Assembly (NCBI GenBank): GCA_017429285.1
Contig: JAFRPF010000041.1
Coordinates: forward strand, 2,753 to 66,752
DNA: 64,000 bases
Direction of reading: 5' to 3'
DNA from: Bacilli bacterium
Lineage (GTDB): Bacteria; Bacillota_I; Bacilli_A; RFN20; CAG-826
Position 1 is the first letter of the stretch. Every line of letters starts with the position of its first letter. The notes under the pieces were generated by a model. It was not told the DNA's origin. It saw only the letters and a program-made list of their open reading frames with translations, and made no database searches. Shown piece after piece: positions 19,701 to 26,144 of this stretch. The translations under genes were made by a program, and so were the position numbers.

Positions 19701-20431
19701 ATTATGTTTTCTCTTATAAAGGAATCCATTCTAGAGTAAGTTGGCACTATGATGCGATTAATATTGGTAGAGACTACATATTAAAATTTGCGATTAGAGG
19801 TAAAACATTGTGTGTCTATTTCGCCTTAGATGCTTCTAAATTAGACAATAAATATAAAGTTGAAGAGGCAAAAGGAAATAGATATATCGAAGTTCCGTGC
19901 TTATATCGTATTAAAAACGATCGTAGATGTGAGTATGCTAAAGAGCTCATTGATCTATTAATGAAAGAACATGGATTAAATCAAGGTGATATTCCTAATG
20001 AGGATTATCATATTAAAAAAGAATCCACAAAAGCGTTACTTGATAAAGGCTTAATTAAGGAAGTTAAATCTAAAATCCATGATCAAAAAGTGATCGAACA
20101 TTATGAATCAATTACAGTAAGTAAAGCTGATGAAGTGATGTCTGATGAAAAAGCTGAAGCTTCTATTCAAGAAGTTATAGTAATTAAACATAAAGAAGGT
20201 AGTAAAGTAATCATCAATATTGATACCTTATCAAAGAATTATAATAATGGTGATGAAGTTACTCTTGATTCATTGATTGAAAAAGGATTAGTGCCTTCAA
20301 AAGCCGGCCACATTAAAGTTCTTGCTAGAGGAGAATTAGATAAGAAACTACATGTTGTCGCTAATGATTATTCATTACAAGCTATTAAGATGATTGTCTT
20401 AGTGGGTGGTACTGTTAAAAAGATCAAATAA
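13787..20431 (+). CDS. Giant (about 2214 aa) transmembrane surface protein: signal peptide, Pmp-like beta-helix repeats, Flg_new repeat, helical repeats, TM cluster, 3 cytoplasmic repeats, uL15-like C-terminal domain
   Basis: Signal-like N-terminus MKKSIVKSIALGIGGLLSLSFLF starting at ATG 13787 (ORF-track GTG 13763 is less likely). GGAIY/GGALY and FxxN motifs. YVFIGWY...LYAKW is a Listeria-Bacteroides repeat. Hydrophobic segments at about 18104-18355 are each followed by KRRK or KKRQK. The C-terminus aligns to RplO. Confidence 0.85.
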   Translation: MKKSIVKSIALGIGGLLSLSFLFGVGSNNQSINKEDSDTALLATSVKKQQLINRDGVNTEGTPLPTSGTLSAGTYYLDSDSTITSILNITSGDVIVNLNGHTLNGGGRDKGTFYVTGGTLTVNGKDETTGQRGLINNAGGYYPGSGYSYGGALYITKGEATFNDLDITNCQANWGGAIYMSNSAVTLNNCNLSGNKATNGYGYPCAIDVGDSSTAGTGLTVNGGEMFSNDAGISLGNKAKATINGAYIHDNERFGVRVEDSGATLNISGDTIIKNNSTSTTSGARANLRINGTNQAKIAITSALGDNASIGITMTGTQGIFTASADTSLNDFSKFFSDDANYAVAKNSDGQLYLTEAVATVTSGATVTEYATFSDAVSAWGSASNGANLTLLKDSTTESTISVSDTKTFDLNGCGINANGSSIPIFTVNAGGDFTLNDSGSTTHYYTLANVESNGAAFATICDEETYEAAAADARGTFTGGYLTGANPSAQTGIYPGGGIYILANGVATMNGGTIIGNIASNCAGGVGSYGTFIMNDGNIIYNRARRGAVLASAGEMTINGGHISYNTGRGTQDCGTSGAVMIYGNCTSFIITGGYFTNNFAKYAGFASNIETISISGNPVFKDNIGCGASGTDTTEINAWLCRRSNLNVYFDIVGELTEGAEIGVTIENTSTGVITNSSDISYNDESKFFSDASYAVAKNSDGQLYLTNAVATVTSGETVTEYNNFDDALAAWTDETTLKLLKDVTMSDTINVNNNATLDLNGHGIKATGTDYSVLTINNGGKLIIIDSGDTTQYFTITDRYDGNGAGFATVCDKATYDAASENLRGTFQGGYITGGNIINTGFYQSKAGAITVMEGGELDFKAGTIIGNSGGSESPGGVSSFGTFTLNGGNIIYNRGRRGSGVFLDKGTFVMNSGSIEYNTGVGATEYGTSALHSYGNTKSISLKGGSISHNYAKYGGILTPINIFLSGDFVAANNIACGSSGTDAANRNIILSEGALISGCITGNTPIGISFLGSDTGVFTNNTDTSLNDPSKFVSDNTNYAIGVYPADSTKAGQLFIGNKVTVTYTTEYGTAPASDVVADGSIIYNEPTSPSQEGYVFIGWYKDEEFENAWDFATDTVTSNTTLYAKWYDEATANVIKLINDIGDLTYAGGVNDSLDDIITAKAAYDALTPSQQAIVNKENKDVLDHDILTYRHVDNVADLIKEIPAASDSQEYYGAVEAALAAYKALTDEEKNILNASLDFQYKKTLDDNIAAKEVIELIQDIGEVTYNGGQDDSKDDINAALDAYNNLTDDQKASVNNANKDALDEAKETYDNVDEAVNLINSIGDINHGGESDSKEAIDAAKDAYESLTPEEKALVASYNNSEKTLEDAEEVYDVLVKIDDIGEGDDDEKIKEARDAYDALTPEQKDKVNDESFQKLIAAENRSSDAKKQANILFIVFLILSILLIVSGLIVLFVLLKRRKDENNSNNKQVKVASISGLLPLLILVSYFRSTKFIILYILIAVGILIWLANLILFVSKKRQKEVKVEAKPETVISAVSQDKQTEIINEDEEEVETITDEKGNVFQIRFIKSFTAKLIQSPDETKKYYEELKNEVLSYKKTNSRISWHYDAVNSGRNYVLKFVIRGKTLCVYLPLNADDYANSKYKVEKAESKRYEDVPCLYRIKNDRRLGYAKELIEVVANNLGLEKEEEQHEVYSNLPYEPNKPLVARGLIKEQKIQVNKPASEPAILETKTNSDGDEVVVSKDASGNIFEIRYIKSFTAKLIQSPDETKKYYEELKNEVLSYKKTNSRVSWHYDAINSGREYVLKFAIRGKTLCVYLPLDSENLEDKYKVEKAESKRYEDVPCLYRIKNDRRLGYAKELIAMVVSNLGLEKDEEQHEVYSNLPYEENKPLIARGLIKELKVKVNKPDYGPVVLESKVNSEGDEVVLTKDSSGNLFEIRYIKSFTAKLSQSEAEVKDYYTILKNYVFSYKGIHSRVSWHYDAINIGRDYILKFAIRGKTLCVYFALDASKLDNKYKVEEAKGNRYIEVPCLYRIKNDRRCEYAKELIDLLMKEHGLNQGDIPNEDYHIKKESTKALLDKGLIKEVKSKIHDQKVIEHYESITVSKADEVMSDEKAEASIQEVIVIKHKEGSKVIINIDTLSKNYNNGDEVTLDSLIEKGLVPSKAGHIKVLARGELDKKLHVVANDYSLQAIKMIVLVGGTVKKIK
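14786..16891 (+). repeat. Two tandem paralogous units of about 1.05 kb inside the ectodomain-coding region
   Basis: The marker KFFSD(D)A(N)YAVAKNSDGQLYLT(E/N)AVATVTSG(A/E)TVTEY recurs at 14786 and 15851 (period 1065 nt). A third, diverged boundary, SKFVSDNTNYAIG, is at 16892. Confidence 0.7.
18478..20100 (+). repeat. Three tandem repeats of about 558 nt (186 aa) in the predicted cytoplasmic region
   Basis: Units start at about 18478, 19035 and 19593: G-N-(V/I/L)-F-(Q/E)-IR(F/Y)IKSFTAKL ... SWHYDA(V/I)N ... IRGKTLCVY ... VPCLYRIKNDRR ... AKELI. Units 1 and 2 look roughly 80% identical at DNA level by eye. Confidence 0.8.
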
Positions 20432-20461
20432 AAATATAGATATGTTAATTGAAAGGAGAAT

Positions 20462-21499
20462 ATGATTATGTTCAATTTAAAAAGTAAAAGATTATCTATT
20501 TTTGAAAAGGTGTTTGGGTGTGTTTTCCTCGTGTTAACACTCACCTATTTTGTTTTACTTGCCTTTGGCAAATGGATATTCGCTACCAATAGTGTTTTCT
20601 ATCGTAGTTTGAATATCTTCTCTGGAGCGAGTGACCCAAATGTCTTTATTAGGATCCTCAGCTATTCTTTCTTTATCTTTGGAAGTAGCTATATCGTAAG
20701 ATTATTACTCACCTTATGCTTACCATTATTAAAGAAAACCAGAGGATTATTAACCATTTTGATTTCTGTGATTAAATATGCAGCTGTCTTAGTATGGATA
20801 TTCTTTGTTTTATCTAGCTTTGGAGTTAATACCACCGTCATTTTAGCAGGTATTGGCATTCTCTCATTAATTGTTGGACTCGCTATTCAACCATTACTCG
20901 CCGATATCATCGCTGGTTTATTTATCGTTTTTGAAGATGTTTTCCATGTTGGTGATGTCATCGTTGCAGATGGCTTTAGAGGACAAGTTAAAGAAATCGG
21001 TATGAGACATACTCAACTTGTTGATGCTGGAGGCAATGTTAAAGTCATCAATAACTCCGATATCCGTTCAATGGTCAACTTAACTGACCAACTTTCTGTT
21101 GTTGCAGTGGATATGTCCATTGAATATGGCGAATCTTTGGAAAGAGTTGAAGCTATCATTGCTCAAAACATTGATAAGATTAAAGAAGCTATCCCCGCTA
21201 TTGTTGAAGGTCCTTTCTATAAAGGCGTTTCCGCTTTAGCAGATTCATCAGTCAACTTAAAATTCTTTGCTAAGTGTGAGGAAGATGACAGATTCCAAGT
21301 TGAAAGAGATTTAAATAGACAATTCAAATTATTATTTGATAAGTACAATATCAATATTCCATTCCCACAAGTGGTGGTTAATCAACCAGTGAATTTTGAA
21401 GAAGCCACTGCAAAGGATAAGAAAATTGCCGAACAATTTGTTAATGAACAAAAAGTAACTTCTAGTGGAATTGAAGAAAACAATAACGACGTTAAATAA
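20462..21499 (+). CDS. Small-conductance mechanosensitive channel (MscS family)
   Basis: TM helices followed by VGDVIVADGFRGQVKEIGMRHTQLVDAGGNVKVINNSDI (MscS beta-domain signature). AGGAG precedes the ATG. Confidence 0.85.
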   Translation: MIMFNLKSKRLSIFEKVFGCVFLVLTLTYFVLLAFGKWIFATNSVFYRSLNIFSGASDPNVFIRILSYSFFIFGSSYIVRLLLTLCLPLLKKTRGLLTILISVIKYAAVLVWIFFVLSSFGVNTTVILAGIGILSLIVGLAIQPLLADIIAGLFIVFEDVFHVGDVIVADGFRGQVKEIGMRHTQLVDAGGNVKVINNSDIRSMVNLTDQLSVVAVDMSIEYGESLERVEAIIAQNIDKIKEAIPAIVEGPFYKGVSALADSSVNLKFFAKCEEDDRFQVERDLNRQFKLLFDKYNINIPFPQVVVNQPVNFEEATAKDKKIAEQFVNEQKVTSSGIEENNNDVK

Positions 21500-21501
21500 A
21501 T

Positions 21502-23142
21502 ATGGATTTTGAAAAGAACAATTTACATCTTAATAACGATTACGATAATTACAAAACTGATGAAATAAACAAGATTCAGCAAGGTAATGAAAGTTTTCAT
21601 ATTAATCATGAATCTTACTTTTCTAATGAAAAATTTGATGAAATAAAAGAATTAAATAATTTCTCTACTTCTACTAGTAATAAACCTTTTAAACAAGATG
21701 GAAGTAATTTAAAACAAACCCCTAATGCTTCAAGCGCGATTAGTAGTGGAAGCGCTTCCCTTAGTGCTGGGGCAGCTTCTATTGCTCTTCCTTCTGCTAT
21801 AGTTGCTTTAGCAGGAGCGGTGGCGGTTATTGGAGTCTCTTCTGGATTCATTCAAACCCCACCTTCTAATCATGTCTCACTATTCATGAGCAGAAGTACT
21901 GAATTAGGGTTTGAAATTGATCGAGATAGAAATAAACCACATGTCATGTATTTGACTAATGAAGAATATTCATATTCTGAAGCTGTTGATTTCATTGATC
22001 GAGTCGTTTTTAAAGATTTAATTCCTAACACCGTTTACGATTTAAAGGTTTATGATACAAGTGTCGATCCAAATGAACTCGTATATAGAGGGAATTATTT
22101 AACCCCGGCTTATGATCAATATTCTTCTTCGATTACCAACACTACTCTAGATGGAAATACTTTAACCTTTGATGTTAATTATGAAGGAAATGGCATCGAT
22201 TTCGTCACAATTATAGTCTATGGAGATAATAACGAAGTTATTTATAAATATGAAGGTTCTCCAATAGATACAATAACTTTAAACGCTGCTGGATATCAAA
22301 ATGTCACTTGCTCTATTGAAATAAATGGACAGATAACTCATTTTGAGCAGTTATTTGCAAGTCAAGAAATCATTCGTGTCACTAGCGTTTCTTTAGATCA
22401 ATCATCATTAGAACTTTCTACTGGTGATACTCATGAATTTGTAGCAACAGTTCTTCCTATAAACGCCACAAATAAAGAATTGATTTGGTCTAGTAGTGAT
22501 GAAAGTGTTCTTACTGTTACCGATGGAGTAATTACCGCTTTAAAAGAAGGAAAGGCTACTGTCACTGTTAAATCTAAAGATGGATATAAATCATCCAGTG
22601 CGGAAATAACAGTGGTTAAAAAGCCTTCTGTTGTTCATGTTAGTAGTGTTTCATTAAATGAAACCACATTAAATATGGAGACTGGAGATCGTTATTCATT
22701 ACAAGCGACAGTTTTACCAAGTAACGCTAGCGATAAATCACTCAATTGGAGTAGTAATAACGAATCAGTGGTTACTGTTAATAGTAAAGGTAAAATCACT
22801 GCTGTTAGTGCCGGACAAGCTATCATTACAGCAACTACTACTGATGGAGGTTTAACCGCTTCATGTACGGTTAATATTACTCAAAAAATAGTCCCAGCTA
22901 CTGGTATAAAACTCAATTATAATGAATTAGAACTAAGTGTTGGTGGTAGTGAAAGCTTAGTTGCTACGGTCTTGCCAACTAACGCGACCAATAAAGAAGT
23001 TATTTGGTCATCCACTAATGAAGCTGTAGTCACAGTTGATGAAAATGGATTAGTGAGCGCCGTTAGCGCAGGTGATGCCATCATTGTTGTTAAATCAGTC
23101 GATGGTGGTTATCAAGATTTCTGTGTTGTAACAGTAATTTGA
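21502..23142 (+). CDS. Membrane-anchored surface protein with three Big_2 (bacterial Ig-like group 2) domains
   Basis: One Ala-rich TM segment near residue 100. Three copies of V(S/T)SVSL...L..G....L.ATVLP.NA(T/S)(N/D)K...W(S)S(S).ESV.TV. Confidence 0.8.
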   Translation: MDFEKNNLHLNNDYDNYKTDEINKIQQGNESFHINHESYFSNEKFDEIKELNNFSTSTSNKPFKQDGSNLKQTPNASSAISSGSASLSAGAASIALPSAIVALAGAVAVIGVSSGFIQTPPSNHVSLFMSRSTELGFEIDRDRNKPHVMYLTNEEYSYSEAVDFIDRVVFKDLIPNTVYDLKVYDTSVDPNELVYRGNYLTPAYDQYSSSITNTTLDGNTLTFDVNYEGNGIDFVTIIVYGDNNEVIYKYEGSPIDTITLNAAGYQNVTCSIEINGQITHFEQLFASQEIIRVTSVSLDQSSLELSTGDTHEFVATVLPINATNKELIWSSSDESVLTVTDGVITALKEGKATVTVKSKDGYKSSSAEITVVKKPSVVHVSSVSLNETTLNMETGDRYSLQATVLPSNASDKSLNWSSNNESVVTVNSKGKITAVSAGQAIITATTTDGGLTASCTVNITQKIVPATGIKLNYNELELSVGGSESLVATVLPTNATNKEVIWSSTNEAVVTVDENGLVSAVSAGDAIIVVKSVDGGYQDFCVVTVI

Positions 23143-23163
23143 TAGTAGTAAATTATGCTATTT

Positions 23164-23190
23164 AAGGTGATGCTTGGCATCGCCTTTTTT
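23164..23190 (+). terminator. Intrinsic terminator after the surface-protein operon
   Basis: GGTGATGC / GCATCGCC stem (one G-U pair) followed by TTTTTT. Confidence 0.7.
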
Positions 23191-23345
23191 AAAGAATGAA
23201 ATTAAAATAACACGTAATTCATTTACGTGTCTTGAGATTTAATTGCGCCCTTAAATGTCACAACACGGACAATAATCTTCATTAACAATAATTTGCTGTT
23301 AACAAAATAAAAAAATATGTTAAAATGTTTACAGAGGTGAGAAAT

Positions 23346-24395
23346 ATGGTAGGAAAGAAAATTAAATACTATCGCCTTAAAAAAGGCTTAACATCTGAAC
23401 AATTGGCAAAAGAGGTAGGCTGTACAAAAGCAGCAATTTCACTTTATGAAAGTGAAGAAAGAGAGCCAAGCAAGGAAATCTGCAAAACTATTGCGGCTGT
23501 TTTAGGTGTGCCTTGGGTTGAATTGATATCTAGAAGTAATAATAAATTGGTTTTTGACCATATCAGCTTTAGAAAAAAACAAAAAGCATCAAAAAAAGAC
23601 ATTGAATTACTTAAGACGGAAATCGAAGAAAAATGTGCTAATCGCATTTCTTTGATGAATATTGTTGGGTTAATTAATTTTAAGACCTTCAAACCAAAGA
23701 AATTATCATATGATCATAGCGTTTCTGAAAACGCCAAAATTATTAGATCCCTATTAGGCCTTCCTTCTAGTGGTCCAATTTATTCCGTCACTAATATTCT
23801 CGAACATGCAGGCATTATTGTTTTATCTTTCGAGTGCACTGATGAGATAGATGGCATTAATGGATTAGTTAACGGTATTCCATATATTTTCTTTAACTCT
23901 AAAAATAGAACCATTGAAAGACAAAGATTCACAATTGTTCATGAGGCTTGTCATTTATTCTTCAATGATTCAGAAGTGAACAAAACAGAAAAAGAAATTG
24001 AAAAATATATAAACCAAGTAGCTGGAAATGTTTTGATTCCTGACGATGATATCTATTCTATTTTTGGAAAAACAAATAGAAACATCACAATCTATTTAAG
24101 AGACAATGTCGCCAAGCAATATAAGATTGCTCCTTCCTGTTTATTAAATAGGCTTTTAGAAGCTGGAGTCATTACAGAAATGTATCATAAGAATTATTTT
24201 ATTTATTTAAATAGAAACTATGGTAGAAAAGCTGAAAAAACTCTTCTGGATCCTATTAAAGATTCTGAAGAACCAACTATTTTCACACAATACGTTTATT
24301 TAGCTTTATCTGAAGAACTTATATCTGCATCTAGAGCTGCTGAATTTTTACATGTGCCGCTTTATGATGTGATGCAAAACATGAGGGTAGAATAA
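23346..24395 (+). CDS. XRE-family HTH fused to ImmA/IrrE (COG2856) zinc metallopeptidase domain
   Basis: HTH: KIKYYRLKKGLTSEQLAKEVGCTKAAISLYESEER. HEXXH motif: VHEACHLFF. I chose ATG 23346 because it follows GAGGTGA. Confidence 0.8.
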   Translation: MVGKKIKYYRLKKGLTSEQLAKEVGCTKAAISLYESEEREPSKEICKTIAAVLGVPWVELISRSNNKLVFDHISFRKKQKASKKDIELLKTEIEEKCANRISLMNIVGLINFKTFKPKKLSYDHSVSENAKIIRSLLGLPSSGPIYSVTNILEHAGIIVLSFECTDEIDGINGLVNGIPYIFFNSKNRTIERQRFTIVHEACHLFFNDSEVNKTEKEIEKYINQVAGNVLIPDDDIYSIFGKTNRNITIYLRDNVAKQYKIAPSCLLNRLLEAGVITEMYHKNYFIYLNRNYGRKAEKTLLDPIKDSEEPTIFTQYVYLALSEELISASRAAEFLHVPLYDVMQNMRVE

Positions 24396-24396
24396 C

Positions 24397-24813
24397 ATGA
24401 AAAAGTTTTTATATTGTGACTCATGCTTTTTAATAACATTTTACCAAGACGGATATCTTGGTTCTTTGTCACAATATAAAACCCAATTCTTTATTTCCAA
24501 AACTCAAATTGAAGGCGAATTAATCAAACCTTCCGATTTAGCAACAATGGTTAGAAAAAACATTACTGTAATCGAAGAAGACAGAGATGATATAAAAGAT
24601 AAAACAAATGAATTCTCTTTATTATATGAAACTCTATCAATCTATGATTGCCTTTGCATGGCATATTCAATTTTGGATGGTTATTGCTTAATTACTGACG
24701 ATAAGGCATTACAAAAGAAATGTGCAATTCATGGTATAGAAGTAAAGACATCTAAAGAAATTATAGATGAGTTTTTAAAAGGAGGTGTTGGTTATGAGAA
24801 TATGAAAAAATAG
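24397..24813 (+). CDS. PIN-like domain protein (candidate toxin/RNase)
   Basis: 138 aa with acidic residues in PIN-like positions: FLYCDS (D8), QIEGEL, SIYDCLCMAYS, LITDDKAL. The start is 1 nt after the stop of the ImmA gene. Confidence 0.55.
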   Translation: MKKFLYCDSCFLITFYQDGYLGSLSQYKTQFFISKTQIEGELIKPSDLATMVRKNITVIEEDRDDIKDKTNEFSLLYETLSIYDCLCMAYSILDGYCLITDDKALQKKCAIHGIEVKTSKEIIDEFLKGGVGYENMKK

Positions 24814-24832
24814 TTTGATTTAAGGAGGACAT

Positions 24833-24904
24833 ATGAACAAAGAACAATCAAAAGCTAAAAAAATCGTAACCAGTGCGAATGGTCACGATTGTGGACATGC
24901 TTGA
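24833..24904 (+). CDS. Possible 23-codon leader ORF (MNKEQSKAKKIVTSANGHDCGHA)
   Basis: A strong SD (AAGGAGGA) lies 5 nt upstream of the ATG. The stop is embedded in a hairpin. There is no homology evidence. Confidence 0.25.
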   Translation: MNKEQSKAKKIVTSANGHDCGHA

Positions 24905-24979
24905 AGCATGTAGACAAATATATATTAGCATGTCCAAAACAAAGTGCCTACATCTTTTCTGTAGGAGAAAGTTGAGGTC

Positions 24980-25759
24980 ATGTTAATGACAAATAATATT
25001 TATTTGGAACCAATTTCCGAGCAATGCGATGACATTGAAAAAGTTGGCGTTGTAGAACGTAAACCTATACTTGAACTTGAAAAACTGAAAACTGGTGACC
25101 CAGTAATAGACCATTTTAAAGCACATTATTGGTATGGTGCTGAATTCATTGGTAAATATCAATTACTCAAATTAAAAACAGTGGTAGTGAGAGACCTACC
25201 AAAAGAAGATGAAGTTATTTCCTTTTCTGAGATGCTTTCATCTAAATATCGTGATAAATTATCCAATTATTGGATAGATATGTTTAATAACGATGTTGTG
25301 ATTGAAAGGTTTTGGAAGAACCCAGAAAAATATCTCCCCCTTCTAAAACAAGCCAAAGGTGTTATTGCTGCTGACTATTCAGTGATGAATGGTTTGTTAT
25401 TAACTGATAACATCTATAATGTTCAAAGAAACCGTATTTCAGCTTATATGATGGAAAGAGAAAGAATTCTCACCATTCCTGTTGCTAGCTGGACAGATGA
25501 AGAATCATTTGAGTGGTGTTTTGATGGTTTACCACATCATTCTGTCATTGCGATTTCATCTAATGGATGTCTTAAAGGCGAATGCAAAACCGCTAAAGAG
25601 ACATTTATAAAGGGAGTCTTTGAGTTAAATAGGAGAAAATCTCCTGTAACGATTCTTATTTGCGGCCCGCATATTAAAGAATTAGATTCTCTTACAAACA
25701 TTCATTACTACAAGAGTTATTCACAAAGACTCTATGAGAGGTTACAAAACAATGGGTAG
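24980..25759 (+). CDS. DUF4417-like protein
   Basis: The pattern FWKNPEKYLPLLKQAKGVIAADYSV ... NVQRNRISAYMM ... IPVASWTDEESFEWCFDGLP matches my memory of the DUF4417 family. The start may be ATG 24986. Confidence 0.55.
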   Translation: MLMTNNIYLEPISEQCDDIEKVGVVERKPILELEKLKTGDPVIDHFKAHYWYGAEFIGKYQLLKLKTVVVRDLPKEDEVISFSEMLSSKYRDKLSNYWIDMFNNDVVIERFWKNPEKYLPLLKQAKGVIAADYSVMNGLLLTDNIYNVQRNRISAYMMERERILTIPVASWTDEESFEWCFDGLPHHSVIAISSNGCLKGECKTAKETFIKGVFELNRRKSPVTILICGPHIKELDSLTNIHYYKSYSQRLYERLQNNG

Positions 25760-26144
25760 CCGTGGTAGAATGTTGGGGCAAGCTCATTGGAGCATGCCGG
25801 ATCAATACGATTGCGTTGATATCAAAAATGGTGTTAAAGTTCTTAAAAGCGCTGAAAACCCAAACCATCCATCTTTGCCAGATATTTCACACACTAAGGG
25901 TACTAAATATTTATCTCTAGATAAAAATGGTAATTTCAAGCAATTAAGAATCTATGATTATTCTGGACGTCCAGTAATCGACATTGATTATGGTGTTCAT
26001 ACCGGTTTGAGCAAACAGCCAACTCTCCACGTACACACCTGGAAAGGTGGAAGAGACAGTGGCGTTAGACTCTTCAGCAAAAGAGACTATAAAAAATATG
26101 GCAAATATTTGAAAGGACTTATCAAGGATGAATGGATTAAGTAA
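25752..26144 (+). CDS. Hypothetical protein (130 aa), translationally coupled to the DUF4417 gene
   Basis: The ATG overlaps the upstream stop (ATGGGTAG), and GAGAGG lies 10 nt upstream. I recognise no family. Confidence 0.5.
   Translation: MGSRGRMLGQAHWSMPDQYDCVDIKNGVKVLKSAENPNHPSLPDISHTKGTKYLSLDKNGNFKQLRIYDYSGRPVIDIDYGVHTGLSKQPTLHVHTWKGGRDSGVRLFSKRDYKKYGKYLKGLIKDEWIK

Noticed and set aside
21502-21800. Low-complexity N-terminus of the Big_2 protein as a separate small gene or signal for secretion systems
   Set aside because: It is continuous in frame with the TM segment and the Big_2 domains. It has no independent start or stop and no recognisable secretion motif.
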